This document shows, piece by piece, positions 1 to 9,253 of a stretch of DNA of 64,000 nucleotides. Position 1 is the stretch's first letter. The number at the start of each line of letters is the position of its first letter. Under the pieces are notes generated by a model. The model was given only the letters and a program-made list of their open reading frames with translations. It was not told where the DNA came from and made no database searches. The stretch is from the NCBI GenBank assembly GCA_003599485.1, contig QZKM01000019.1:9806-73805 (forward strand), read 5' to 3'. This DNA is from Gammaproteobacteria bacterium (lineage in GTDB: Bacteria; Pseudomonadota; Gammaproteobacteria; SURF-13). A program made the position numbers and the translations under genes.

Positions 1-371
1 AGATACACCAGCGCAGGTGTGGCGGAATATGGCCGCAGAATCCATGTTAGAAGAATCGCACCCAACAGCAATTCGGCTGCATTGAAAACGAAATACCCAA
101 GGGGGGAACTCGTGAAGATAGCGACAAGGTTGTACTCCTGTCCGCCCAGTGGGCCGAACCGGCCAAGCTCGACGGAATTGTAATAGGGGAAGTCTTGCCC
201 ATACATAGGGAAATACTTCCCACTTTGCAGCGTCGGCAGAAAATGGTACTCATCGCTTGGGCCCAGTTCTGGATTGACGAGCAGGAGCGCAGCATACAGC
301 AGTGTAAGGGTAATGAAAACGCGCCTCAGGATTCCTTTTTTCGCTACCAATCCCGTAATATTCACCAGCAT
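1..371 (-). CDS. Partial (3' end beyond window) integral membrane protein, possibly a GT-C-type glycosyltransferase
   Basis: Not in ORF track. Manual translation from ATG at 371 gives MLVNITGLVAKKGILRRVFITLTLLYAALLLVNPELGPSDEYHFLPTL...GRFGPLGGQEYNLVAIFTSSPLGYFVFNAAELLLGAILLTWILRPYSATPALVY, open to the window edge. It has an N-terminal TM helix followed by an acidic SDE loop, as in GT-C enzymes. Confidence 0.7.
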   Translation of the reverse strand, partial: MLVNITGLVAKKGILRRVFITLTLLYAALLLVNPELGPSDEYHFLPTLQSGKYFPMYGQDFPYYNSVELGRFGPLGGQEYNLVAIFTSSPLGYFVFNAAELLLGAILLTWILRPYSATPALVY

Positions 372-437
372 GGCATACTCATACGAATTGAGCGTAAAAG
401 GAACGGCGAAATGGGAGGATTTGCGCAGCCAAGTCGC

Positions 438-1436
438 CTAACTAAGCCCATTAGGGTGGTATAGGACGATGCGACTGCCGGTGTTTTCAAAATGAAATGG
501 CACGTGGACTAAATGGGTTAACTGACTTTTGACTTGCTGCTGGTTCTCCAGCGGAACATAAAGCAGTAGAAATCCACCGCCGCCTGCACCCAGTATTTTA
601 CCGCCCAAGGCGCCGCTCTTTAGTGCTTTCTCATAAATCTGATCAATGGTTAAGTTCGAAATCTTGTCGGAGAGGGATTTTTTATATCGCCAAGCCTCGT
701 CAAGAAGCCGTCCGAAATCATCCAGGCTATTCTCACCCCCATTGAGGATGGAGAGCGCCTCGCCAACCATTTCTTCCATGCGCCGCAATTCCGGCTCGCG
801 CTTTTTGAGATTTTCGATCTGAGTTTTGGCGACCTCGGAGGAAAAACGCGATATGCCGGTGAAGAACAGCATTAGGCTACCCTCCAGCATCTCCAGTTTG
901 GATTTCGGAAGAACCACCGGCACGACATCATAAGTGTTATCCCGTTTGAACTCGATACGATTGAATCCGCCGTGTGCCACGGATATCTGATCCTGCGATC
1001 CTACATTTTCTTTCAACACATCCTGCTCGATGTGGATGGCGTTATTAGCAAGCTCCTCCTTCGAGATATACCGGCCATTCAGAGCCATAATGGCGTTGAT
1101 GAGACCCACCGTAAACGATGAGCTGGAGCCCAGACCAGAGCGCGCCGGTAGGTCGCCATCGTGATGGATTTCGAGCCCCCTGTTGCACTTGAGCCATTCG
1201 AGCACTGCCTTGGCGGCGGGATGTTCGATCTGGGATATTTCCAGTGCATTCTCAATCTTGGAATAAACCACCCGGTATTTATGCTCGAAAAAAGGTGGCA
1301 GATACCGGCAACTGATATAGCAGTATTTATCGATGGTGGTAGCCAGCACCACGCCGCCGTTCTCACGGAACCATGCCGGATAATCCGTCCCGCCCCCGAA
1401 GAACGAAATACGAAATGGCGTCCTGCTGATGATCAT
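438..1436 (-). CDS. hddA: GHMP-family sugar kinase, HddA-like (D-glycero-alpha-D-manno-heptose-7-phosphate kinase family)
   Basis: PFRISFFGGGTD N-terminal motif, PARSGLGSSS ATP-binding motif, GGKILGAGGGG motif. Confidence 0.85.
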   Translation of the reverse strand: MIISRTPFRISFFGGGTDYPAWFRENGGVVLATTIDKYCYISCRYLPPFFEHKYRVVYSKIENALEISQIEHPAAKAVLEWLKCNRGLEIHHDGDLPARSGLGSSSSFTVGLINAIMALNGRYISKEELANNAIHIEQDVLKENVGSQDQISVAHGGFNRIEFKRDNTYDVVPVVLPKSKLEMLEGSLMLFFTGISRFSSEVAKTQIENLKKREPELRRMEEMVGEALSILNGGENSLDDFGRLLDEAWRYKKSLSDKISNLTIDQIYEKALKSGALGGKILGAGGGGFLLLYVPLENQQQVKSQLTHLVHVPFHFENTGSRIVLYHPNGLS

Positions 1437-1458
1437 GACATGCCGGCCTCCTGCTTCG

Positions 1459-2952
1459 TCATGAGTAGAGTTTTCGCTTTAGCTTGATGCGGGTCATTTC
1501 CTGTATATGCCTGACGACATCCTCTCCGAACTTCAGTCTGACCATATCAAGATAGCGGGGGTTGTTGAAGTATTTCATAAACGCCTCGTCCCGGAACTTC
1601 AACACCTCCGCCGGCCTCAGGACTTCCGTCGGCAGCGGCGTGGTTTCATAACTGTGCTGCGAGTAGCCTATCCATGAATCAGGCAGTTCCCAGCCTTTTT
1701 CCACCGCCATGCGGTAGAGCGGGGAGCCGGGATAGGCCATGGTGGAGTAAAAATTGGCAAACTCGCAGTTAGCCTCTATGGCCAGGTCCAGCGTCTCCTG
1801 CATGGACTCGTACGTATCGTCCGGCAAACCGAAAATATAGTTCCCGATTACGTAAATTCCCGCACTCTGAATTTTTCTCACGACTTCGAGAATCTGCGGC
1901 GTACCGAAGCGCCCCTTCTCTACTCCATCGCGCACGTGCTTACTGCCCGATTCGATGCCCAGCGCCAGCCAACGGAACCCGGCGCGCCGCAGCTTGTCCA
2001 GAAACTCGTCCTTGACCGTATCCACGCGCGCATACGCCCAGATATTCAGGTCATAGCCCCGTTCGATGATCCGGTCACAGATACCGAGGACATGGTTCCG
2101 GTTCAGCACAAACATCTCGTCCACAAACTTGATATTGCGCACGCCATACTTGTTTACCAGCACATCAATCTCCCTGATGACCGTGTCGGGCGACCACATA
2201 CGGTACGAGGGCTTCCCGAAGGGAGCATTGATGCAGCAAAACGAGCACTTATACGGGCAACCAAGGCTCGTATGCAGGGAGACATAAGGCGAACGCTCGT
2301 GGATGCGCTCGAAGCAATGCCAGTTGTGCGCCCGGTATTTATCCATCGGCAGCAGGTCCCAGGCCACCCCCGGCATTTCATTATCCAGGTCATCCATCAA
2401 CTCGCCCGGAGGATTGGCAACGATTCGCTCACCATCGCGATACCAGAGGCTCGGTATACCGCTGAATCTCGGTCTCGATGATTTCAGCGCGAGCGTGGCT
2501 TGCAGAATGGTCTGCGGTCCTTCCCGGTCGCACACATAGTCAATGTTTTCCTCGCGCATGGTTCTCTCTGGTAGAGCTGCGGGATGGGTACCGGTCATCA
2601 TGATCTTGTAGTTTCTATCCAATTCCTTGAGCGCGGCACAGGTTTCACCTGCGGCCGGCATGTTTTGCGTGGAAGCGGACGGCTGAAACCCATAGACCAC
2701 CATCACAATAAGCACGGGGTTGTAATTCTCCGCGACAAGCCGGGCAACACCCTGCGGACCCAGGTTGTGCGCCGGAGCGTCAATAATGGCGACAGACAGC
2801 CCCTTATTCCTTGTATAACCCGCAAACAGGCCGGCTAATGAAGGGGGCTCGATAGCCGAAAAGCTGTCGCCCAGTTCTTGATAAACGGCCGACCGGCTCC
2901 CGGGATTGATGAATAACACATCAACATCTTTTTTCACTACCATAGATTCCAC
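1459..2952 (-). CDS. Cobalamin-binding radical SAM protein (class B methyltransferase-like)
   Basis: N-terminal B12-binding-type region (PPSLAGL...GTHPAALP), CPYKCSFC cluster motif, FVDEMF, GIESGS, NYIFGLP. Confidence 0.9.
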   Translation of the reverse strand: MESMVVKKDVDVLFINPGSRSAVYQELGDSFSAIEPPSLAGLFAGYTRNKGLSVAIIDAPAHNLGPQGVARLVAENYNPVLIVMVVYGFQPSASTQNMPAAGETCAALKELDRNYKIMMTGTHPAALPERTMREENIDYVCDREGPQTILQATLALKSSRPRFSGIPSLWYRDGERIVANPPGELMDDLDNEMPGVAWDLLPMDKYRAHNWHCFERIHERSPYVSLHTSLGCPYKCSFCCINAPFGKPSYRMWSPDTVIREIDVLVNKYGVRNIKFVDEMFVLNRNHVLGICDRIIERGYDLNIWAYARVDTVKDEFLDKLRRAGFRWLALGIESGSKHVRDGVEKGRFGTPQILEVVRKIQSAGIYVIGNYIFGLPDDTYESMQETLDLAIEANCEFANFYSTMAYPGSPLYRMAVEKGWELPDSWIGYSQHSYETTPLPTEVLRPAEVLKFRDEAFMKYFNNPRYLDMVRLKFGEDVVRHIQEMTRIKLKRKLYS

Positions 2953-3008
2953 CCGATCCTCCCTCCCTTTGTCCTGATCCTCGCGTACTCGCTATTCTAA
3001 AGACATGG

Positions 3009-3713
3009 CTAGCGCCAACAGAACACTTCCCTTAAAAACTGGAAATAATACGCCGCGCCCCATTTTAGTACTTTCAGTTTTCTCTCTCCACCGATCCGTG
3101 GCGGCTCGTCACCGGGTATTTCGGTGATTTTGAGCTTTCGTTTTGCGGCACGCACGGACAGGAGCGGCTCCCAACTGATCCGGGTGCGGAATAACCTCTC
3201 TGCGGCCGCATAACCTTCGTCCTTCTCCAGCTCGAGGTCATAAACGACTTGCTTCTTGTACGCGCGGAAGATCACCATCGCATCAGTGTAATAACCGCCG
3301 TGCAACAGATTCACGGTGCGCGTAAAAAGCCAGTTCCCGAAGCCGGTAACAATGTCATCATCCTCGCTTTTCGCATCACCCAGATATCTGGAGGCAATCA
3401 CCATGTCATACCCTTCCCGCATCTTGTCAATTAGGGGAGGAATCAGTTCCGGAATGGAGTTACCGTCGGGACTGAAGGTGATGATAACGTCGCCTTCCAC
3501 ATAAGGAAGCACCTCGTTATAGGCATGCCGGAAGCCGGGGCGTTTCTGCACATATACCTCGTATCCCTGTTCCCTCGCCCATTCGATGGTGCCGTCGGTG
3601 GAACCGCCGTCGAGGACGATGATCTGGTCGCACCAGTCGCGCCTGACCCGTGGCATAATTGCCTGCATGCCGCGCAATTCATTTAGAGTTAGAACCAGTA
3701 GTGTTGTTTTCAT
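3009..3713 (-). CDS. GT2 glycosyltransferase, short DPM1/polyprenyl-phosphate glycosyltransferase-like
   Basis: TLNE, VLDGGSTDGT, FSPDGNS, MVIASRY, EPPRIGGERKL motifs; 234 aa. Confidence 0.85.
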   Translation of the reverse strand: MKTTLLVLTLNELRGMQAIMPRVRRDWCDQIIVLDGGSTDGTIEWAREQGYEVYVQKRPGFRHAYNEVLPYVEGDVIITFSPDGNSIPELIPPLIDKMREGYDMVIASRYLGDAKSEDDDIVTGFGNWLFTRTVNLLHGGYYTDAMVIFRAYKKQVVYDLELEKDEGYAAAERLFRTRISWEPLLSVRAAKRKLKITEIPGDEPPRIGGERKLKVLKWGAAYYFQFLREVFCWR

Positions 3714-3751
3714 TGGTTGATTGACTCAATGCAGGGTAGACGTCATCCCGT

Positions 3752-4546
3752 CTATTTTGAGAGCCTCCTGATCACCATCTTCAGCGCCACGAGCAGAACC
3801 ACAGCCAGCGATATGGCCAGCATGTTCTTTACCAGTGGGTAGGCGTTTCCGTCGAGAGCGATCCCTCTGAGGGAGGAACCTATGGCTGCGAACAATATGC
3901 TTAGCGGCAAAATGGAGAGCATGGTAGTGACGATATAACGGCTGAACCTGATCCTCGTCAACCCAAAGAAATAGCTGGAAGGCCCGAACGGGAAAATCGG
4001 GTTGAGACGGGCAAACGCCACCGCTTTCCACTCTTTGCGCTGTATCTCTTCCTTGAGCCAGGTCCAGGCGGAATGGCTGAACTTCCTGTTGAGGTAATCC
4101 GAGCCCAGATGCCGTGCGGCCAGAAAAGCGCATGCCGAACCCGCGCCGGCGCCGATTACCGTCAGAGCACCGCCCCAATAAGCGCCCCATATCAGCCCGG
4201 CGCCCAAATTCAACGGCAAGGTCGGAACCAGGCACACCACCATAATGGCATAAACGACGATAAAACCGGCAGGGGCGATAACAGGATGGGATTTAAGGAA
4301 GAAAACAATACTATCTGGCGCAAAATAGCCCTGCTGCCGCAGGATAAACAGCAGGATCGCCAGCCCGAAGAGAGCAGCCGCCAGCATAAAGCGCTTGCGC
4401 CGGATAACCTTCCGGACAACGTCCAGAAACGAGAAGATACCTCTTTTCCCGTTACGCTGTGATTCAAATACCGATGCGTCTTGCACATCTGCGGGATCAA
4501 ACAGGACGTCGCCGCTGTCTTTGTTTTCTTGGGGTTCGAGCTTCAT
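3752..4546 (-). CDS. DedA/TVP38/TMEM64 (VTT domain) membrane protein
   Basis: LPLNLGAGLIWGAYWGG, FLAARHLG, ARLNPIFPF, YFFGLTRIRF motifs. Start placed at 4546, where ATGA overlaps the NUDIX stop. Confidence 0.85.
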   Translation of the reverse strand: MKLEPQENKDSGDVLFDPADVQDASVFESQRNGKRGIFSFLDVVRKVIRRKRFMLAAALFGLAILLFILRQQGYFAPDSIVFFLKSHPVIAPAGFIVVYAIMVVCLVPTLPLNLGAGLIWGAYWGGALTVIGAGAGSACAFLAARHLGSDYLNRKFSHSAWTWLKEEIQRKEWKAVAFARLNPIFPFGPSSYFFGLTRIRFSRYIVTTMLSILPLSILFAAIGSSLRGIALDGNAYPLVKNMLAISLAVVLLVALKMVIRRLSK

Positions 4547-5121
4547 CTCAGCATGTTTTGATATTGAAAATACGCAATGAGCGTGCATGGGTCCTGGATT
4601 TCACCAGTATCATGCAGGGCAGCGACTTGCGCCGGTTCAAACCAACGGAATTCCTTGTGGCCGAATTCATCGCCGCTGAAGGGCCTGATTGCCTGGCAGC
4701 GCCGCGCTGCAAACAGATGCACGCGCGCCGCGAGAATTCCTGGTTCCGGTGCAATGACCCCCAGTGACTCGATGTCGGCATCCGTACACGACAAGCCGGT
4801 TTCCTCCTCCAGTTCACGGATCGCGGAACTACGATCCGGCTCACCGGGATCAACAAAACCTCTTGGAACTTCCCACAGATGGCGCTGAATGGCGTGCCGG
4901 TAGATGTGCAGCAGCCCTAATTTTCCATCAACGATGGGCAGCACGGCTATCCCGGTGATGAGATCGCCTATTTTGATCTTCGGTGCAACGACCAGATAGT
5001 CATGGATGCTTTCACCGTTCGCGCCCTCCACGTCATCCAGAAATACCTCGAAGCGGCTGTTTTCACAGGCCAGTCTCCGTTGGCGCAGTGCGTGAAAATC
5101 TTTTTCGTTGCCATGAGCCAT
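4543..5121 (-). CDS. NUDIX hydrolase (NDP-sugar/ADP-ribose pyrophosphatase-like)
   Basis: Nudix box GFVDPGEPDRSSAIRELEEETG. Start placed at ATG 5121 (MAHGNEK), just after the upstream stop at 5129. Confidence 0.88.
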   Translation of the reverse strand: MAHGNEKDFHALRQRRLACENSRFEVFLDDVEGANGESIHDYLVVAPKIKIGDLITGIAVLPIVDGKLGLLHIYRHAIQRHLWEVPRGFVDPGEPDRSSAIRELEEETGLSCTDADIESLGVIAPEPGILAARVHLFAARRCQAIRPFSGDEFGHKEFRWFEPAQVAALHDTGEIQDPCTLIAYFQYQNMLR

Positions 5122-5128
5122 ATGTACT

Positions 5129-6337
5129 CTAGTCGTGTGCTGTCCTATATCGTTCAACAAGCAATTCGGAGAAAGCAAAGGCGCTGGTAAACGCTGGAGA
5201 AATAGCGTTGAGCACATGCAGCGACGAAGGCGTGCTCTCAACGACAAAATCCATTTCGAGCTTTTGCGTGCGCAGATTGACCAACTGTGGCCGGATACCC
5301 ACCTTCCCGGAAGGGAGGAAATCATCCGCCATGATATCAGGAACAAGCCGGCGCGTGGCTTCAATGAAATGCGTTTTGCTGTATTTTCCGATTTCGCTGT
5401 GCACCATGCGCCGGAAACTCCTCTGATTGCGCAGATAAAGGCGGGCGAGATGCCAGCCGACCCTCATTCCCTCTCCAAGCCGGATGCCTTGGAGCACGCC
5501 GTAATTTTCCCGCCCGAAGGCCGGTATGGCCGTGGGTCCGGCATAGACATCACCGTTGATGACGCGCGTCAGATGCACACCCAGAAAAGGCAGCGATATA
5601 TCCGGCACCGGATAGATATTGCTTCGGACAAGATTCACTCTTTCCTTGCGTAACTTGTAATAAAGGCCCTTGAACGGCAGCAACGTATAATCGCGGCATA
5701 ATCCGAATTTCCTCGCGATCAGATCCGCGCTGGCCCCGGCGCAATTGAACACATATCCATAGGAATACTTGCCGGAGGAGGTAAAAAGGCATTTGTCTTT
5801 TTCAGCGACATCCGTCACTGTCCGGTTCAGGGCGAAGTGAACACCGGATTGCGTCAGGAGTTCGCGCAGCTTTTCAAGAACCGACCAGCTGTCGATAACC
5901 GCAGTATCCGGGCTGTATATGCCAACACGGTAAGGATTGGCATAAGGCTCGATCTCCTTGACCCCCTTTTCGTCCAGTTTTTCGGCGCGAATGCCGCTGT
6001 CCCGCGCATTCTGAAGCAGGCGTTCGACGGTGGGAATATCCTGCTCGCGCGTGGCGATAATTACTTTGCCGGAACGCCGGTACGGAATGCCGTGCTCATC
6101 AGCGAACTCCATCATCCGGAAAGCGCCTTTGGAACAGACTTTGGCCTTGAGCGTGTCCGCACCATAGTATATGCCGGAATGGAGCACGCCACTGTTGCGT
6201 CCGCTCGCGTGCCTGCCGAGCGCCGGCTCCTTTTCCAGCACTGCAACGCTGGCTTTCGGAAAGTGTTTCTTCAGTTCAAAAGCAGTGGTCAGACCGATAA
6301 TGCCCGCACCAATGATGACAAAATCAGAAGAGGACAC
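5129..6337 (-). CDS. lhgO: FAD-dependent oxidoreductase, L-2-hydroxyglutarate oxidase (LhgO) family
   Basis: IIGAGIIG, ASGRNSGVLHSGIYY, IYPVPD..PFLGVH, GIRPQ, LNAISPAFTS. Confidence 0.8.
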   Translation of the reverse strand: MSSSDFVIIGAGIIGLTTAFELKKHFPKASVAVLEKEPALGRHASGRNSGVLHSGIYYGADTLKAKVCSKGAFRMMEFADEHGIPYRRSGKVIIATREQDIPTVERLLQNARDSGIRAEKLDEKGVKEIEPYANPYRVGIYSPDTAVIDSWSVLEKLRELLTQSGVHFALNRTVTDVAEKDKCLFTSSGKYSYGYVFNCAGASADLIARKFGLCRDYTLLPFKGLYYKLRKERVNLVRSNIYPVPDISLPFLGVHLTRVINGDVYAGPTAIPAFGRENYGVLQGIRLGEGMRVGWHLARLYLRNQRSFRRMVHSEIGKYSKTHFIEATRRLVPDIMADDFLPSGKVGIRPQLVNLRTQKLEMDFVVESTPSSLHVLNAISPAFTSAFAFSELLVERYRTAHD

Positions 6338-6361
6338 AGGACAGATGCATCGTGGAGCGCG

Positions 6362-7315
6362 TTAAATGTTGCCGTATCTGGTGTTGCAGATCATGGTATA
6401 ACCCTTGATCAGCTCCTGAATGCCGAAATCGAGCGAGCACACCGGCTTGAACCCTGTGCCCTCGATCTTGGCGTTGGAGACAATGTAGTTGCGTTGATCC
6501 GGGTCCTTGCCAACGGGTGCATCGAGAAAAACAAATTCCGGCAGATGCTTTTGGATCGCCTGGCACAGTTCTTTTTTGGATACGTTGGCATCCGAGAGTC
6601 CGACATTGTAAATCTGGCCTTTCATCCTGCCGTAATTATTGATGGCGTGCAGAAACACGCGCGCCACGTCCCGAACGTGGATATAGTTGCGCTTGAACTG
6701 GCTCTCAAACAGCACCACGAAGCGGTCGTAGACCGCGCGATAAGTGAAATCATTAACCAGCAGGTCAATGCGCATGCGCGGCGACATCCCGAACACCGTC
6801 GCCAGCCGGAAACTGATGGCGTTCGGGTGCTGCATGAGCGCCTTTTCGATTTCAACCTTTTCTATCGCATACTGGGAAATGGGCCGCAGCGGGGATTCCT
6901 CAGTGCAGAAATTGTTCTTATCGCCCGTTCCATACGCGCTGTTTGTCGTGGGCATGAGCACAATCTGATCCTTGCTCAGCAACTTCAACATCATCGTGAT
7001 GGCGTCATGATTGGTCGTGGTAGCGCCGACGGGGTCCTTGCTGCACAGCGGCGCGCCCACGAGTGCCGCAAGCGGAATAATAATATCGGCGTTTTTTATC
7101 AGCGGCCGCATGGTGCTCTCCACGCGGATGTCTCCGCAGACCACACTGAAATTGGGATGGTGGCAGACATGTGCCAGACTGTTCTGGCCAAACATAAAGT
7201 TGTCCAGTACAGTGACTTTGTGTCCCGCGTCCAGCAGTTCCGGAACCATGGTCGAACCCAGATAGCCCGCCCCGCCTGTAACCAGAATATTGTGCCTCAT
7301 ATCTTTTCCTTTCAA
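6362..7315 (-). CDS. NAD-dependent epimerase/dehydratase (extended SDR)
   Basis: TGGAGYLG, YAIEK (YxxxK), RLATVFGMSPRMRIDLLVNDF. Confidence 0.9.
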   Translation of the reverse strand: MKGKDMRHNILVTGGAGYLGSTMVPELLDAGHKVTVLDNFMFGQNSLAHVCHHPNFSVVCGDIRVESTMRPLIKNADIIIPLAALVGAPLCSKDPVGATTTNHDAITMMLKLLSKDQIVLMPTTNSAYGTGDKNNFCTEESPLRPISQYAIEKVEIEKALMQHPNAISFRLATVFGMSPRMRIDLLVNDFTYRAVYDRFVVLFESQFKRNYIHVRDVARVFLHAINNYGRMKGQIYNVGLSDANVSKKELCQAIQKHLPEFVFLDAPVGKDPDQRNYIVSNAKIEGTGFKPVCSLDFGIQELIKGYTMICNTRYGNI

Positions 7316-7345
7316 GTTCTAAGCTGTGATGACTGCATGAAATCC

Positions 7346-8053
7346 CTACGCGCGCGGCAATAGAGCGGCGGCGCGCCGGTAATCCTCCGGTATACCGATA
7401 TCAATGAACCGGCCAAAAGACGGGAAACCATACATACGTTTGCCAGCCACCAGCATGCGCGGATACAGTTGGTCCTCGATCGAAACCGGCTCATTAGATT
7501 CCGGAACCATGCCGGCAAAGGCGTACCTCTCCGCCAGGTAGACCCCCCCGTTGATCAACGCCCGGCCTGAAGTTCGCGCGCGATTATCAAAAGCCGTTAT
7601 CTTTCCATCCTTATCAATCTCTACGCTGGCATAACGGCTGTTGGCCTCCACTTCGCGCAAGGCGATGGTCACCTCTGCGCGCCTGTCCTGGTGATAACGG
7701 CGCATCAGCGCCAGATCAACTTCAAAAAAGGTATCGCCGTTCATAACTAAAAACGAATCTGACCCACGCAAGCCCTCCAGTGCCAGCAGCAATCCGCCAC
7801 CTGTCCCGCGCGGCTGCTCTTCCACGGCATACACCACTTCGGCCTCCTTGTGCCGCGCGCTAAAATATTCCTCGATGATTTGGCACTTGTAACCGACCGA
7901 CAGTACAAAACGGCTGACACCCTGGCCGGCCCAGTAGTTGAGCAGATATTCCAAGAAAGGACGGCCGTTGATGGGCGCCATCGGTTTGGGCACATCCGGC
8001 ACTACCGCCTTGAGTCGGCTGCCCACCCCACCGGCGAGAATAATGGCCTCCAT
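7346..8053 (-). CDS. hddC: Sugar-1-phosphate nucleotidyltransferase, HddC-like guanylyltransferase
   Basis: ILAGGVGSRL, PKPMAPINGRPFL, GTGG, VMNGDT, INGGVY, FIDIGIPEDY. Confidence 0.8.
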   Translation of the reverse strand: MEAIILAGGVGSRLKAVVPDVPKPMAPINGRPFLEYLLNYWAGQGVSRFVLSVGYKCQIIEEYFSARHKEAEVVYAVEEQPRGTGGGLLLALEGLRGSDSFLVMNGDTFFEVDLALMRRYHQDRRAEVTIALREVEANSRYASVEIDKDGKITAFDNRARTSGRALINGGVYLAERYAFAGMVPESNEPVSIEDQLYPRMLVAGKRMYGFPSFGRFIDIGIPEDYRRAAALLPRA

Positions 8054-8064
8054 CGGGAGTGGAT

Positions 8065-9234
8065 TTAATCCACCGCTTTTGTCAGCACTTCATGAAAACG
8101 CATGATCTGCGGCGTGATATCGTGCGGATGGTTGCCGACAAAAAATCCGCGGTCATGGGCGGTATTGGCGTTCGTGATATGCCCCACGCATTCATAGTCA
8201 AAATATTTGATAACGTCATGGCGCAGGAAATTCCCACCCGTGATGATGCGATAACCGATATCCGCCTGTTTCATGGCATTCATGACCTTCTTACGGTCAA
8301 TGTTAAATTCGGGGTTGAGAACCACCGTAAAGGCGAACCAGGAGCTCTTGCCGTTCTCGCGCTGAATGATAAAGCGCTCGTCGCTCTTGAACAAATCTAC
8401 AAATACACTGGCATTGCGCCGCCGCGTCTCCACCATCACATCCAGTTTCTTCAACTGCTCCACGCCGATCGCGCCACTCAGCTCAAGTGGTCTGGCATTG
8501 TAGCCCGGCAGAATGAAGCGGTATGCCTCGAAAAAATCGTCGTCACGCTTCTCGTAAATCGGGCTGTCCGCCGGGACATCGCGCGTCCAGCCGTGCGCGC
8601 GGATAGATCGCGCAAGGTGATACAGCCCCGTATCGTTCGTCACTAGCACACCTCCTTCCATGGTCGAGATGTGATGGGAGAAAAACGTGCTGAAAGTACC
8701 GATGTCGCCGAACGTTCCACATGGTTTTCCACCGAGCTCCGCGCCCATAGACTCGCAGTTGTCCTCGAACAGATAAAGGCCGTGCTTGTCGCAAAACTTG
8801 CGCAGGACATCGAGCGCACAGGGATTGCCCAGAATGCTGACCGCGACAACCATTCGTGTACTGGATGTCAGCGCCTTTTCAAGCTGCGATACGTCCATGT
8901 TCAGCGTATCAAGCTCCACATCCAGGAACTTGAGCTTCAGACCATACTGCTGAAGCGGATAATAGGTCGTGGCCCAAGAGATCGAAGGGACAATCACCTC
9001 GTCGCCCCGTTTAAGCGGGCGCTCCTTCTTGTAAAAGAGCGCAGCGATGCCGACCAGATTCGCGGTGGAACCGGAGCTGACCATGAGCGCATGCTTTACG
9101 CCGAATTTCTGGGCAAAGGCCTCTTCGAAACGCTGAACGTTCTCCCCCATGGTGAAGCGGCCGCCAGCGATGACGCGCTGGATGGCCTGAATTTCCTCAT
9201 TGCCCCAGGAACTGCTGGCTAGTTCGTAGTACAT
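8065..9234 (-). CDS. colD: PLP-dependent GDP-4-keto-6-deoxy-D-mannose 3-dehydratase (ColD type)
   Basis: DegT-family fold with His at the usual Schiff-base Lys position (TFFSHHISTMEGG). ColD-like N-terminus (YELASSSWG), EDNCESMGA, RAHGWTR, PGYNARPLE. Lacks the Cys-rich Fe-S motif of DdhC/E1. Start placed at 9234. Confidence 0.85.
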   Translation of the reverse strand: MYYELASSSWGNEEIQAIQRVIAGGRFTMGENVQRFEEAFAQKFGVKHALMVSSGSTANLVGIAALFYKKERPLKRGDEVIVPSISWATTYYPLQQYGLKLKFLDVELDTLNMDVSQLEKALTSSTRMVVAVSILGNPCALDVLRKFCDKHGLYLFEDNCESMGAELGGKPCGTFGDIGTFSTFFSHHISTMEGGVLVTNDTGLYHLARSIRAHGWTRDVPADSPIYEKRDDDFFEAYRFILPGYNARPLELSGAIGVEQLKKLDVMVETRRRNASVFVDLFKSDERFIIQRENGKSSWFAFTVVLNPEFNIDRKKVMNAMKQADIGYRIITGGNFLRHDVIKYFDYECVGHITNANTAHDRGFFVGNHPHDITPQIMRFHEVLTKAVD

Positions 9235-9253
9235 GCTTCCCCTTTGCAAAAAA

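Noticed and set aside
4543-5364. Track start codons giving long N-terminal extensions (NUDIX, colD, wzx, CmcI, UXS, aat, infA, clpA, yihY, hpt, L,D-transpeptidase)
   Set aside because: The extensions overlap neighbouring genes; downstream starts give canonical N-termini and stop/start overlaps
5837-7363. 508-aa plus-strand ORF
   Set aside because: Antisense shadow of the SDR and LhgO genes; no recognisable motifs
8065-9234. Ordinary sugar aminotransferase (perosamine synthase type) or DdhC/E1
   Set aside because: His replaces the catalytic Lys, and the Fe-S Cys motif of E1 is absent
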